Shown piece by piece: positions 27,278 to 37,720 of a DNA stretch of 64,000 nucleotides. The position numbers were made by a program, and so were the translations under genes. The notes below the pieces were generated by a model. The model was not told where the DNA came from, searched no databases, and worked only from the letters and a program-made list of their open reading frames with translations. The stretch lies in the NCBI GenBank assembly GCA_963715985.1, contig CAVQSP010000010.1:192001-256000 (forward strand), written 5' to 3'. This stretch comes from an uncultured Thermoleophilia bacterium (GTDB lineage: Bacteria; Actinomycetota; Thermoleophilia; UBA2241). Each line of letters begins with the position of its first letter. The first letter of the stretch is position 1.

Positions 27278-28291
27278 GTGAGCACAGTCGAAGCCCAACT
27301 ACCAGCAGGCCCCGGTGGGCCGCGCGGCGCCGCTGAGGCGGCGCCGCGCGGCCGCCGTCTCCGTCTCGGCGACCCGATCTTCCGCGTCCTTGCCACGGCG
27401 TGCGGCATCACCGTCGCCGTGGCCATGTTCGGGCTCGCCGTCGTGCTCGTCTACGACTCCTGGCCGGCCATCAGCGCGCTCGGCACCGACATGCTGACCA
27501 CGGTGGCGTGGTCGCCGACCACCAGCGAGTACGGCGCTCTCTCCGCACTCGCCGGCACGGCGCTCAGCACCATCGTCGCGATGGTGATCGCCGTGCCTCT
27601 GGCGCTGGTCATCGCCCTGTTGCTGGTGGAGCTCGTGCACCCCGCCGTGGCCCGCGTGGTCGGCACGGGCATCGAGATGCTCGCCGCCATCCCCAGCATC
27701 ATCTTCGGCATGGTCGGCTTGTTCGTCATCGTGCCGTTCATCCAGGACAAGTTCACGCCCTGGGTGCTCAACTCGCCGCTCGGCAAAGTCCCGGGCATAG
27801 AGCCCGGTCCGCAGTTCCAGGGCGGCGGGCTCTCCATCTTCACCGCCGGCGTCGTGCTGGCGTTCATGGTGCTGCCGTTCATCACGGCCGTGTCCCGCGA
27901 CGTCCTCATGATGGTCCCCAGGGTCACCAAGGAGGCCGGCTACGGCATGGGCTCCACGACGTGGGAGGTCATGCGCAAGATCAGCCTGCGCTACGCCAAC
28001 AGCGGCATCGTCGGCGCCGTGTTCATCGGCCTCGGCCGGGCCCTCGGTGAGACCATGGCCGTCGCGTACCTGATCGGCAGTCTGTACACGGACCTGCCGC
28101 GCTCGATCTTCGATCCCGGCACGTCCATCGCCTCGCTCATCGCGCAGCAGTTCAGCGAGGCCACCGACAAGGTCCAGGTCAGCGCGCTCATCGAGCTCGG
28201 GCTCATCCTGTTCGCCATCACGGTGCTGTTCCAGATCCTGGCGCAAGCCTGGCTGCGACGCGTGCAGCGCGTCACCGGAGGCCGGGCATGA
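27278..28291 (+). CDS. pstC: Phosphate ABC permease PstC
   Basis: EMLAAIPSIIFG, MVLPFITAVSRD, GLGRALGETMAV. Confidence 0.95.
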   Translation: MSTVEAQLPAGPGGPRGAAEAAPRGRRLRLGDPIFRVLATACGITVAVAMFGLAVVLVYDSWPAISALGTDMLTTVAWSPTTSEYGALSALAGTALSTIVAMVIAVPLALVIALLLVELVHPAVARVVGTGIEMLAAIPSIIFGMVGLFVIVPFIQDKFTPWVLNSPLGKVPGIEPGPQFQGGGLSIFTAGVVLAFMVLPFITAVSRDVLMMVPRVTKEAGYGMGSTTWEVMRKISLRYANSGIVGAVFIGLGRALGETMAVAYLIGSLYTDLPRSIFDPGTSIASLIAQQFSEATDKVQVSALIELGLILFAITVLFQILAQAWLRRVQRVTGGRA

Positions 28292-29250
28292 GCGCCGCTG
28301 ACGCCAGCATCGAGCGGGTCGCTTCGGCGGGGCGCCGGCTCTGCGCCGTGCCCGACGGCTCCGCCCGCCTCTGCCCGTCGCCCGACCGCTCCATCGCACG
28401 GCGCAAGGCCGTCGACGCCACCGTCAAGGTGCTCTCGTGGATCGGCGCCTCGGTGGGCATCGCCGTGATGGCCTTCATCGTCTACGAGGTCGTGCGGCGC
28501 GGCTGGGCGGCGTGGAGCGTCGCCTTCTTCACCCAGCCCACGCCGCAGGACGTGACGTCCACGGCCGGCGGCTTCGCCAACGCCATCGTCGGCACCATCG
28601 TGATCACGGGGTCGCCGCGCTGCATCGCGATCCCCACCGGCTTTCTCGGCGGCGTCTACCTGGCCGAGTTCGGACGCAACGGACGCCTCGCCACGGCGGT
28701 GCGCATGATCGCCAACGTGGTGATGGGCGTGCCGTCCATCATCGTCGGCGTCTTCGCGTTCGCGATCCTGGTGAAGCCGTTGCAGCACTACTCCGGCTTC
28801 GCCGGCTCGGTGGCCCTGGCGTTCATCATGCTGCCGGTGATGGCCCGCACCACGGAGGACATCCTCAACCTGGTGCCCAACGAGCTGCGCGAGTCCGGCC
28901 TTGCCATGGGAGCGCCACGCTGGAAGGTCACGCTCGGCGTCGTCTGCAAGGCGGCGCGCGGCGGGCTCATCACCGGCGCGTCCCTGGCGGTCGTTCGCGT
29001 CGCCGGCGAGACGGCGCCGCTGCTGTTCACCGCTCTGAGCAGCCCCTACTGGATGACGGGGCTCTTCGGACCGGGCGGGTTCTTCGGCGGCCCGGTCGCC
29101 AACCTCACCAAGACGATCTACGACTTCTCCGGGTCTCCGTACCCGCAGTGGCAGACCCTCGCCTGGGGCGGCGCGCTCCTCATCATCGTCGCCGTTCTCG
29201 GCATGAACATCCTGGTCAGACTCCTCTTCCAGCGAGGCAAACAATGGTAG
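28288..29250 (+). CDS. pstA: Phosphate ABC permease PstA
   Basis: GGFANAIVGT, GVYLAEF, GVPSIIVG, RVAGETAPLLFT; ATGA overlap with pstC. Confidence 0.95.
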   Translation: MSAADASIERVASAGRRLCAVPDGSARLCPSPDRSIARRKAVDATVKVLSWIGASVGIAVMAFIVYEVVRRGWAAWSVAFFTQPTPQDVTSTAGGFANAIVGTIVITGSPRCIAIPTGFLGGVYLAEFGRNGRLATAVRMIANVVMGVPSIIVGVFAFAILVKPLQHYSGFAGSVALAFIMLPVMARTTEDILNLVPNELRESGLAMGAPRWKVTLGVVCKAARGGLITGASLAVVRVAGETAPLLFTALSSPYWMTGLFGPGGFFGGPVANLTKTIYDFSGSPYPQWQTLAWGGALLIIVAVLGMNILVRLLFQRGKQW

Positions 29251-30113
29251 GGACGACGGTGGACGAACCGACACAGATCCAGGGCCCCGGCACGGTGGTG
29301 CCGCCGCGGCTCGAGGTCGCGGAATCACGGCGCGAGGTCACTGAGGACTTCGCCTCGCTGCCCACGGAGCTCGCGGTGCGCGACCTGGACTTCTTCTACG
29401 GCAAGGAGCAGGCGCTCTTCGCCAACAGCATCGACATCAAGAAGAACCGCGTGACCGCGGTCATCGGCCCGTCGGGGTGCGGCAAGTCGACGCACATCCG
29501 CACGTACAACCGCATCTTCAACCTGTACCGCGACCAGCGCGCCGCGGGCACGATCATGATGGACGGCGTCGACATCCTCTCGTCGCAGGTCGACCTGCTC
29601 GACCTGCGACGCCGCATCGGCATGATCTTCCAGAAGCCCAGCCCCTTCCCGATGACGGTGTTCGACAACGTCGCCTACGGGTTGCGCCAGCACTACAAGC
29701 TCAACCGCTCCGAGCTCTCCATGCGCGTGGAGGACGCCCTCAAGCGCTCCGCCATCTGGGACGAGGTCAAGCACAAGCTGAACGAGCCGGGCAACGCCCT
29801 CTCCGGCGGCCAGCAGCAGCGGCTCTGTATCGCACGCGCTATCGCCGCCGAGCCGGACGTGCTGCTCATGGACGAGCCCTGCTCGGCCATCGATCCGGTG
29901 GCCACGGCCAAGATCGAGGAGCTCATCCTGGCGCTCAAGAGCAAGTACACGATCGTGCTCGTCACCCACAACATGCAGCAGGCGGCCCGCGTGAGCGACT
30001 ACACGGCCTTCTTCTTCCAGGGCCGCATCATCGAGTTCGGACCGACCACGCACATCTTCTCGAACCCCTCGGAGAAGCAGACAGAAGAGTACATCACCGG
30101 TCGCTTCGGCTGA
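29244..30113 (+). CDS. pstB: Phosphate ABC ATPase PstB
   Basis: GPSGCGKST, FQKPSPFP, LSGGQQQRLCIAR, MDEPCSAIDP, EYITGRFG. Confidence 0.96.
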   Translation: MVGTTVDEPTQIQGPGTVVPPRLEVAESRREVTEDFASLPTELAVRDLDFFYGKEQALFANSIDIKKNRVTAVIGPSGCGKSTHIRTYNRIFNLYRDQRAAGTIMMDGVDILSSQVDLLDLRRRIGMIFQKPSPFPMTVFDNVAYGLRQHYKLNRSELSMRVEDALKRSAIWDEVKHKLNEPGNALSGGQQQRLCIARAIAAEPDVLLMDEPCSAIDPVATAKIEELILALKSKYTIVLVTHNMQQAARVSDYTAFFFQGRIIEFGPTTHIFSNPSEKQTEEYITGRFG

Positions 30114-30129
30114 GCTGCGAGGCCTCGTC

Positions 30130-30825
30130 ATGACGCATCTGCAACGCGAGATCGACAAGCTGAAGCGCAAGATCCTCGCTCTCGGGGCGCTGGTCGAGGA
30201 CGTCCTGCGTCTCTCGTTCCAGGCCATCGAGGAGCGCGACGCGCTGAAGGCGCAGCGCGTGGTCGCCACCGACCTGGTGATCGACGAGCAGGAGGTGGAG
30301 GTCGAGGAGGAGTGCCTCAAGATCCTCGCGCTCTATCAGCCGGTGGCCGGCGACCTGCGCTTTCTTGTGGCCGTCATCAAGATCAACAGCGAGCTGGAAC
30401 GTATCGGCGACCTGGCCTCCAATGTCGCCGAGCGCGCGCTGTCGCTGTCGCAGGAGCATCCCGTGCCGGTGCCGGCCGTCCTCACGGTGATGGCCGACCG
30501 CACGGGCGCGATCCTCGAGAAGGCCCTGGACGCGCTCGTGCGCCAGGACGTAGACACGGCGCGCTGCGTGCTGGGCGCGGACGACGAGATCGACCGCCTG
30601 TACCAGGACCTGATCGAGGAGCTCAAGAAGAGTATCCGCGCCGACATCGAACACCTCGACGCCATCGTGCTGCTCTTCAGTGTGGCGCGCTACCTGGAGA
30701 GGCTGGCCGACCACGCCACCAACATCGCGGAGGACGTGCTCTACATGGTGGAGGGGGAGATCCTCCGCCACCAGATGCCCGACTCTCCGGCGGCGCTGCT
30801 GCCGTGGGAGGAGAGGGGCCTGTGA
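30130..30825 (+). CDS. phoU: Phosphate signalling protein PhoU
   Basis: YQPVAGDLR, ELERIGDLA, YLERLADHATNIAE. Confidence 0.96.
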   Translation: MTHLQREIDKLKRKILALGALVEDVLRLSFQAIEERDALKAQRVVATDLVIDEQEVEVEEECLKILALYQPVAGDLRFLVAVIKINSELERIGDLASNVAERALSLSQEHPVPVPAVLTVMADRTGAILEKALDALVRQDVDTARCVLGADDEIDRLYQDLIEELKKSIRADIEHLDAIVLLFSVARYLERLADHATNIAEDVLYMVEGEILRHQMPDSPAALLPWEERGL

Positions 30826-30953
30826 GCGGCCGCCGAGTCTGACCCGTCCTTCCCGGCGGCGCGGATTCCTGCCGCGCGCCGCCGCCGGAGGGCGCACCTG
30901 CGGCCCGGGCCTACCCCTACCAGGCCCGGGCCGCTCCCGCGTACGGCGGGGCG

Positions 30954-32486
30954 CTACTGGACGGTGACGGTGGTGGTCGGCGAGACGGCCTTGTCCCATT
31001 TGAAGTAGTACTGCGTCGTCTGCTCCGGGCTGATGGCCTCGCTGTAGGCCGAGTAGCGCGCCGTGTAGCCGCTGCCGAGGTCCTCGGTCTCCGTCGTGGT
31101 CGTCACCTCGCGGCTGCGCCACTGGCCGTCGTAGTTGAAGTACAGGCGCACCGCCTCGCCGGTGGCGAGCGCGGGGTAGATGCGGCCCTTGAGCGTGAGG
31201 CTCTCCCCGGCGGCGATGGTGACGGCGTCACGTGCCGCCGGGCTGATCGACATGCTGACGAACTGCGCCCAGGTGCTCTTGAGGCCGAGCTTCATGCGCA
31301 GCGCGTTGCCGTCCATGAACTTGACGCCGCCGCTGCTGATGAGGGCGGCCTTGACGATGCGCGGCGACGAGCCGCGCTTGACCGTGTAGACGGCGCGCAG
31401 GGTGCCCTTGACGCCGAGCGGGCTCGCGACCTCGGCGGCCGTGCGCCGCAGCGGGCCCCAGTCGTGGAGCGAGGCGTACGTGTCGTAGGGGTCCTCGACG
31501 CTCTTGAGGTAGGCGATCGGCGAGGCGCCCGGCCAGCCGTCCTCGATGTTCTCGGTGCGGCCGCCCGAGCAGGAGAAGTACACGGCGAGGATGGGCTTGC
31601 CCTTGTGCACCGGCACGACGCCGGCCGTCTCCTTGACCGCGCGGTCCGTGTTCGGGTCCTCGATGCCCACGCCCACGTACGCCTGGCTGCGCACGTCGCA
31701 GTACACGTCCCAGGACTCGTTGGGCTTGCGTGAGCCGAGCACGAAGGCGCGCGCCGCGCACGCCTGCGCCTTGAGCGCTTCCAGCGGCCACGACGGCGGT
31801 ACCTCGTGCGGTATCACCCCGCGCAGGTAGCTCTCGAGCGGTACGGCGTTGACCATCATCAGCTTGCCGTCCTCGCGCACCACGCGGATGACTCCGCGGT
31901 ACGGTCCCGTGTCGCCGAGGTCGGTGGCCGTGAGCACGCGCAGTGAGCCCGAACCGGGCGTGAAGGTGACGGGTGAGCTGAAGGCCTGCGTCTGGCCGCC
32001 GGCGGTGACCTGGTAGGCGCCGCCGGAATACGTGACCGTGGCGGTGACCCCTCCGGCGATGGCGAGCGAGCCGCCGCTGCCCGTGGCGGTGTACTCCTGC
32101 GGGCAGCTGACCTTGACCGAGCTCAGCCCGCTGCGCAGGCGCACGCGCACGTCGTTGTTGGCGGCGTCGCCGAAGTCGATGCCGGTGTAGTAGTGCTTGA
32201 GGATCGCCTTGAAGTCCCGGCCGTGCTTGGCGTACCCGTAGGCGCCCCACTGCGACATGCCGATCCCGTGCCCCCAGCCGTGGCCGGAGATGCGGAAGGA
32301 GGCGTCCGTGGTGTATGCGGACGCCGCCCCCGCAGCGGCGAGCAGGACGAGCGCCGCGAGCACCCCGGCCAGGGACGCCGCCGTGCGCCGCCCCAAGCGC
32401 CTCGACACCCCGCGCCTCACGCGCGTGCCGCGCGCCGGGGCTGCGGCGCCGTGGGGTCGGAGAGGTGTGGGGGAAGGTGGGTCCAT
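30954..32486 (-). CDS. SpoIID/LytB-domain lytic transglycosylase-like secreted protein
   Basis: GHGWGHGIGMSQWGA, LESYLRGVIPHEV, EALKAQACAAR, FSCSGGRTE, YLKSVEDPYD. Confidence 0.9.
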   Translation of the reverse strand: MDPPSPTPLRPHGAAAPARGTRVRRGVSRRLGRRTAASLAGVLAALVLLAAAGAASAYTTDASFRISGHGWGHGIGMSQWGAYGYAKHGRDFKAILKHYYTGIDFGDAANNDVRVRLRSGLSSVKVSCPQEYTATGSGGSLAIAGGVTATVTYSGGAYQVTAGGQTQAFSSPVTFTPGSGSLRVLTATDLGDTGPYRGVIRVVREDGKLMMVNAVPLESYLRGVIPHEVPPSWPLEALKAQACAARAFVLGSRKPNESWDVYCDVRSQAYVGVGIEDPNTDRAVKETAGVVPVHKGKPILAVYFSCSGGRTENIEDGWPGASPIAYLKSVEDPYDTYASLHDWGPLRRTAAEVASPLGVKGTLRAVYTVKRGSSPRIVKAALISSGGVKFMDGNALRMKLGLKSTWAQFVSMSISPAARDAVTIAAGESLTLKGRIYPALATGEAVRLYFNYDGQWRSREVTTTTETEDLGSGYTARYSAYSEAISPEQTTQYYFKWDKAVSPTTTVTVQ

Positions 32487-32802
32487 GGTGGTGTGGGCAT
32501 CAGGTGCAGCCTCGAATCAGGATACGCGGCCCCTGCCGGCGGGGCAAACGCGGTGCTCTCTCGACCTCTGCTTCGGGCGGCGGCCTCGTTCTCCTCCGCC
32601 ACGGGCCGCAGGCCACCGTGTCCGGCCGCCGCCCCGTGCGCAAGGAACGCGCCCGGCGGGCCGTTTCTTGCGAGACGTGCTACCCTCTAACGCTCGACAT
32701 GAGGAACGAGGCGGCCCGCGGCGAAAGCTCTTCTGGGGCCGCCCTCGCGGTCCCCGGGGCGCTCACGCTCTCCGGCGGATCGCCGATAGCAGGATCGGAG
32801 CC

Positions 32803-34023
32803 ATGACCAGACTCCCCCACAGATCCCTCCTCTGCACCCTCGTCGCCCTCGCGCGTGCTGGCGCTCGGCCTCGCGGGCGCGCAGGCCGTGGCGGCCGGCG
32901 CAGAAGTACAAGGACGTGCCCAAGACCCACTGGGCGCTACGCCGCCATCGAGGCCGTCACCGAGCGCGGCCCTGAGGGCCACAAGGTGCTGGACGACTAC
33001 GGCGACCTCTTCAAGCCGGAGGAGCCCATCACCCGCGAACTGCTCGCCCGCTCGCTCGTGCTCGCGTCCGGCAACTACGGCGAGGACCTCAAGCCCGTGG
33101 CGGTCAAGGACGTCGGCAAGAACGAGCGGTACTACGACGTCATCCAGGTGGCCCTGAAGCACGGCTACATGAAGCTCGACGACGAGGGCGACTTCCGGCC
33201 GCAGGAGCCTGTCCCCGCCTACCAGGCGGAGGCGGCCGTCATCCGCTGGCTGCAGGAGAAGTACTCGTCGTCGGACTGGTCGCTGCTCAGGACACTGCGG
33301 CCCGCCGAGTGGCAGCCCAACGAAGGCTGGACCACCGAGGCGCCCATCTACCTGCCCTACATCGTCGCCTCCCGCCAGCTGGAGCTGCGGTACAACCACC
33401 CGTCGGGCGGCGACGCCCACGAGGTCACGCCGCTGCAGCCCATCGACCGCGCCGAGGTCGCCTACATGTTCTCGCGCGCCTACGCCGTCGGCGGCGACTG
33501 GCAGCTCTACGGCCTTGCCGACTACCGGAAGATCACCTTTCCCGTGCTCAGCGACCGCCAGAAGCAGATCGTGCGCTTCGCGCTGAAGTACATCGGCTAC
33601 CCGTACATCTGGGCCGGGGAGTACCCCTCCAAGCAGTCGCCGTACGGCGTCCAGGACGCCGGCGGCTTCGACTGCTCGGGCTTCGTCTTCTACGTGATGA
33701 AGATGCACTTCGAGTACCCCATCACGGTCAACGAGCGCGGCGCGCACGACATGGCCGAGCGCGCCAAGCCGCGCATCACCCGCAAAGCGCTGCAGTGCGG
33801 CGACCTCATCTTCTTCGGGCCCAAGGGGCCCAAGTCCAAGGTGGAGACCATCTACCACGCCGGCCTGTACCTGGGGAACGGCTGGTTCATCCACTCCACG
33901 GGCTCGACTGACGGGGTCATGCTCAACTCGCTGGACGCCTCCAGCTACTACAAGAAGTACTTCGCCTGGGGCCGGCGCGTGCTCACGGCGGACGAGCTGC
34001 CGCCGCCCGCGGACGGCTCGTGA
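32803..34023 (+). CDS. SLH-like + NlpC/P60 peptidoglycan endopeptidase (compensating frameshifts near N-terminus)
   Basis: KYKDVPKTHW.YAAI, FKPEEPITRE and PIDRAEVA are SLH-like; YIGYPYIWAG, GFDCSGFV, GDLIFF, HAGLY. Confidence 0.82.
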   Translation: MTRLPHRSLLCTLVALARAGARPRGRAGRGGRRRSTRTCPRPTGRYAAIEAVTERGPEGHKVLDDYGDLFKPEEPITRELLARSLVLASGNYGEDLKPVAVKDVGKNERYYDVIQVALKHGYMKLDDEGDFRPQEPVPAYQAEAAVIRWLQEKYSSSDWSLLRTLRPAEWQPNEGWTTEAPIYLPYIVASRQLELRYNHPSGGDAHEVTPLQPIDRAEVAYMFSRAYAVGGDWQLYGLADYRKITFPVLSDRQKQIVRFALKYIGYPYIWAGEYPSKQSPYGVQDAGGFDCSGFVFYVMKMHFEYPITVNERGAHDMAERAKPRITRKALQCGDLIFFGPKGPKSKVETIYHAGLYLGNGWFIHSTGSTDGVMLNSLDASSYYKKYFAWGRRVLTADELPPPADGS

Positions 34024-34106
34024 CGCTCGCCGTCGCCTGCCGACCCGTCATCTGACGCCGCCGGGTCCTGCCGGTTTCGAGTGCGCTTGCGCTACAATGC
34101 CGGGTC

Positions 34107-34913
34107 ATGAAGGCCGTCCGACTCGCTCTCCTGCCGGCGCTGCTCATCGCGCTGCTGGCCGCCGCCGCGGCGCCGGGCGCTGCGGTATCGCCGCGCGAGA
34201 CGCCTCCGCCGGTTCCCGAGACCTCGTCGCCGTCCCCATCGCCCTCTCCCGTTATCCCGCGGGTATCGCTCACGGCGCCGCGCAGCCTGTGGCTCGGCGC
34301 TCAGGTCACGCTGACCGTGCGCGTCACGCCGGCGCTGCCGGGCGCTTCTGTGGCGGTGGAGAGCCGCCGGGACGGGGTGTGGACGCAGGTGGCCCCCGCC
34401 ACGCTCGACACCGGCTCCCAGGCCTCGCTGCCGTGGCGCCCGGAGGCGTTCGGCTACGTGCGCCTGCGCGCGAGCGTGACGGCAGGTCCGGGCAACGCCG
34501 CCGCGGTGTCCCCTTCGCGGCGCGTCATCGTGAACCGGCCCAACAGGCATCACGTGCCGTACCGCTTCGCGCACTACATCGTGACGGTGGTGCACGAGTA
34601 CAAGCTCTACTACTACGAGCACGGGGAGATGGTGCGCTGGTTCACCGTGGCCCTGGGGCGGCCGGGGTATCGCACGCCGATCGGCACCTTCCGCATCTTC
34701 GGCAAGCGCAAGCCCGCCGGCGGGGCTCTGGGGGCGTGCGCGATGTTCTACAGACGCGAAGGCGGCATCGCCATCCACGGCACCGACCAGCCGGGGCTGC
34801 TGCGCCGCTTTCCCCGGCCCTTCTCCCACGGGTGCTCGCGCATGTACAACAGCCAGGCCCTGTGGCTGTACGAGCGCGTGCCCAAGGGGACGACCGTTCG
34901 CAACATCCGCTGA
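34107..34913 (+). CDS. L,D-transpeptidase (YkuD) with N-terminal Ig-like domain
   Basis: TPIGTFRI, IAIHGT, SHGCSRM; signal peptide. Confidence 0.9.
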   Translation: MKAVRLALLPALLIALLAAAAAPGAAVSPRETPPPVPETSSPSPSPSPVIPRVSLTAPRSLWLGAQVTLTVRVTPALPGASVAVESRRDGVWTQVAPATLDTGSQASLPWRPEAFGYVRLRASVTAGPGNAAAVSPSRRVIVNRPNRHHVPYRFAHYIVTVVHEYKLYYYEHGEMVRWFTVALGRPGYRTPIGTFRIFGKRKPAGGALGACAMFYRREGGIAIHGTDQPGLLRRFPRPFSHGCSRMYNSQALWLYERVPKGTTVRNIR

Positions 34914-34994
34914 GCGCGGCCGGCATGCCGCGTCTGGCCGCCGGGCTCGCCGGTGCCGTAGACTCGGTCCAGTGAAACGCCCCCGGGGGGTCCT

Positions 34995-36059
34995 GTGCGC
35001 ACGCTGTTGAAGTCCTCAGCTCTCGTCCTGGTCACGCTCTGCGTCGCCATCGTCGCGGCATCCGCGCTCCCCGCCGTGGCGGTTGCGGCCCCCGCACGCG
35101 CCTCCGCTCCCTTGCGGGATCCCGGTCTCACGCTCGAGGTCGCCCCGGCGTCGCTGCAGTACGGGGACACCGCGAGGCTGGTCGCCCATGTGGAGGTGCC
35201 CGGCGCTTCTCTGCGCCTGAGCCGCGCCTACGCCGGCGACGGCGTGTTCGTGCCGGTGGGGACGCTGGTCGCGGACGGAAGCGGCAATGCGGCGTGGACG
35301 GAGTCGCCGGCGTACAGCGCGATCTACCGCGTGGAGTTCGCAGGGGACGGCACGTGGGCCGCGGCGACCGCGGAGGCGGCGGTCACGGTACGGGCCAGGG
35401 TCTCATTCTCCACGTCCGCCGGATCAAAGGTGGACATCGGCGACCGCGTCACCGTCAAGGTGTCGGTCGCGCCCGTGATCTCGGCCGGCGGCGTCGACGT
35501 GCAGGAGTGGAGCGAGGAGGCCGGGTCGTGGGACACGCTCGCGACACTCACCCTGGACGCACAAGCGCGGGCGCAGTGGGTGTGGCGGCCCCAGGACACG
35601 GGCCGTCACCGCCTGCGCGCCCGCCTCGCGGCCTCCGCGTCCTCACCGGTGGCCGTCAGCGGTGTGAGGAGCGTGCGCGTGTACGACTCCAGCGACCCCT
35701 ACGGGGTGCCGGATTCGTACCCGCACCTCATCCTCGTGGACCTCTCCCAATACAAGCTCTACTACTACGAGCACGGGCGCGTGATCCGCGTGTTCGACTG
35801 CGTGCTGGGGCGCCCCTCACTGCCCACGCCGCGCGGGCACTTCCGCATCTACGCCAAGGACCCCGACATGTACGGCGCTTACGGCCCGCGCCGCCTGCGC
35901 TATCTGGGCGCCTACGCCGTCCACGGCACCAACGAGCCCTGGCTGCTGAACCGCTGGCCACGCAACTACTCGCACGGCTGCACGCGGCTCTCCAACGAGC
36001 ACATCCTCTGGCTGTACGACCGCGTGCACGTGGGGACGCCGGTCTGGAACGTGCCCTGA
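34995..36059 (+). CDS. L,D-transpeptidase (YkuD), paralog
   Basis: TPRGHFRI, YAVHGT, SHGCTRL; shares YKLYYYEHG with the upstream gene. Confidence 0.9.
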   Translation: MRTLLKSSALVLVTLCVAIVAASALPAVAVAAPARASAPLRDPGLTLEVAPASLQYGDTARLVAHVEVPGASLRLSRAYAGDGVFVPVGTLVADGSGNAAWTESPAYSAIYRVEFAGDGTWAAATAEAAVTVRARVSFSTSAGSKVDIGDRVTVKVSVAPVISAGGVDVQEWSEEAGSWDTLATLTLDAQARAQWVWRPQDTGRHRLRARLAASASSPVAVSGVRSVRVYDSSDPYGVPDSYPHLILVDLSQYKLYYYEHGRVIRVFDCVLGRPSLPTPRGHFRIYAKDPDMYGAYGPRRLRYLGAYAVHGTNEPWLLNRWPRNYSHGCTRLSNEHILWLYDRVHVGTPVWNVP

Positions 36060-36145
36060 CGGGCCGGTGGCCGGCGTCGGCCCCTGGGGCGCCGCCCAGG
36101 CTTTGGGCGCCGGCCTGAGCGACGGAGGCGCCTTGGCCCCCGCGT

Positions 36146-36619
36146 TCACCCCGCGGCGCCGGTCATCCACCCCGGCAGGGCCGGCGGGTGCCCGGGGTCC
36201 CACGCAAGCATCATGCCGGGACCGCCGTCCGGCCGCGGCGTGAAGCCCCAGCGCTCGTAGAACCCCGCGCGTCCCACGGCTGCCATCAGGCCGATGGTCG
36301 CGTCGCGGGCCGCGTGCTCGCGCAGGTAGCCCCAGACCTCGGCCATCACGAGGTCGCCGACGCCCCGCCGCTGGTGGGCCGGGTCGACGATCATGTCCTG
36401 CAGGTAGAAGTAGATGCCGCCGTCGCCCACCACCCGTCCGCAGGCGACCAGCTGACCGGCCATCGTCACGACGACGCCGAAGAGCGAGGCTGCGAGGCCG
36501 CGTGCCACGGCGTCGTCGTCCTCGGGAAGGCCGGTCCAGCCCACGGCGGCGTTGAGGGCGCGCAGCTCCGCCACGGTGGGCGGTCGCTCCTCGATGCGAT
36601 ACGGCTCGGGGGACACCAT
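36146..36619 (-). CDS. GNAT acetyltransferase
   Basis: GRVVGDGGIYFYLQDMIVDPAHQRRGVG, GFYERWGF. Confidence 0.88.
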   Translation of the reverse strand: MVSPEPYRIEERPPTVAELRALNAAVGWTGLPEDDDAVARGLAASLFGVVVTMAGQLVACGRVVGDGGIYFYLQDMIVDPAHQRRGVGDLVMAEVWGYLREHAARDATIGLMAAVGRAGFYERWGFTPRPDGGPGMMLAWDPGHPPALPGWMTGAAG

Positions 36620-37677
36620 CACGGACCTCCTGGAGTGGTGGGTCGCCGGGTCTCCTGGGTGCTGTCGAGCCCCGTCCCGCCGAGCCCCGCGTACTGCCGG
36701 GCGTAGTACTCGTGCCACTCGCCCGACTTGAGCCGCCGCCACCAGGCAGGGTTGTCGCGGTACCAGGACACGGTGCGTTCCAGGCCGGCGTCGAACGACG
36801 TCTCGGGGTGCCAGCCCAGCGCCCTGAGCTTGGCGCAGTCGATGGCGTAGCGGCGGTCGTGCCCCGGGCGGTCGGCCACGTAGCGGATGAGCTCCTCGCT
36901 CTTGCCGAGCAGCTCGAGGATGCGGTGCGTGAGCGCGAGGTTCTGCACCTCGTTGCCGCCGCCGATGTTGTAGACCTGCCCGGGGATACCCTCGCGCAGC
37001 ACGAGGTCGATGCCGGCGCAGTTGTCGTCCACGTGGAGCCAGTCGCGCACGTTGAGGCCGTCGCCGTACACCGGAAGCTGCAGGTCGTCGATGGCGTTGG
37101 TGATGAACAGGGGGACGATCTTCTCCGGGTACTGGAAGGCGCCGTAGTTGTTGGAGCTGCGCGTGATGAGGACCGGCGTGCCGAAGGTGCGGTGGTAGGC
37201 GAGCACCAGCAGGTCGCCGCCGGCCTTGCTCGCCGAGTAGGGGCTGGAGGGGTCGAGGTCCGACTCCTCGGTGAAGGCGCCGCTCTCCGTGGAGCCGTAG
37301 ACCTCGTCGGTGCTGATCTGCAGGTAGCGCGGCACCTCGAGCTCGCGCACCGCTTCGAGCAGCGTGTGCGTGCCGAGCACGTCGGTGCGGATGAAGTCCT
37401 GGGGGCCGCTGATGGAGCGGTCCACGTGCGTCTCGGCGGCGAAGTTGACGACGGCGTCGGCGCCGCGCAGCGTCTCGCCGACCAGGGCCGCGTCGCAGAT
37501 GTCGCCGTGCACGAAGCTGTAGCGCCGGTCGTCCTCGACATCGCGCAGGTTCTCGAGGTTGCCGGCGTAGGTGAGCTTGTCGAGGTTGACGACCTCGAGG
37601 TCGTCGTGGCGGCGCAGCATGTAGCGCACGAAGTTGGAGCCGATGAACCCGGCGCCTCCGGTGACCACGAGTCTCAC
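36619..37677 (-). CDS. rfbB: dTDP-glucose 4,6-dehydratase
   Basis: VTGGAGFIGSNF, DKLTYAGN, AAETHVDRSI, STDEVYG, PYSASKA, DRPGHDRRY. Confidence 0.96.
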   Translation of the reverse strand: MRLVVTGGAGFIGSNFVRYMLRRHDDLEVVNLDKLTYAGNLENLRDVEDDRRYSFVHGDICDAALVGETLRGADAVVNFAAETHVDRSISGPQDFIRTDVLGTHTLLEAVRELEVPRYLQISTDEVYGSTESGAFTEESDLDPSSPYSASKAGGDLLVLAYHRTFGTPVLITRSSNNYGAFQYPEKIVPLFITNAIDDLQLPVYGDGLNVRDWLHVDDNCAGIDLVLREGIPGQVYNIGGGNEVQNLALTHRILELLGKSEELIRYVADRPGHDRRYAIDCAKLRALGWHPETSFDAGLERTVSWYRDNPAWWRRLKSGEWHEYYARQYAGLGGTGLDSTQETRRPTTPGGP

Positions 37678-37720
37678 GTCGTCCCTCCTTGCCCGCGGCG
37701 CCGGCCGCGGCGGTCGCCGC

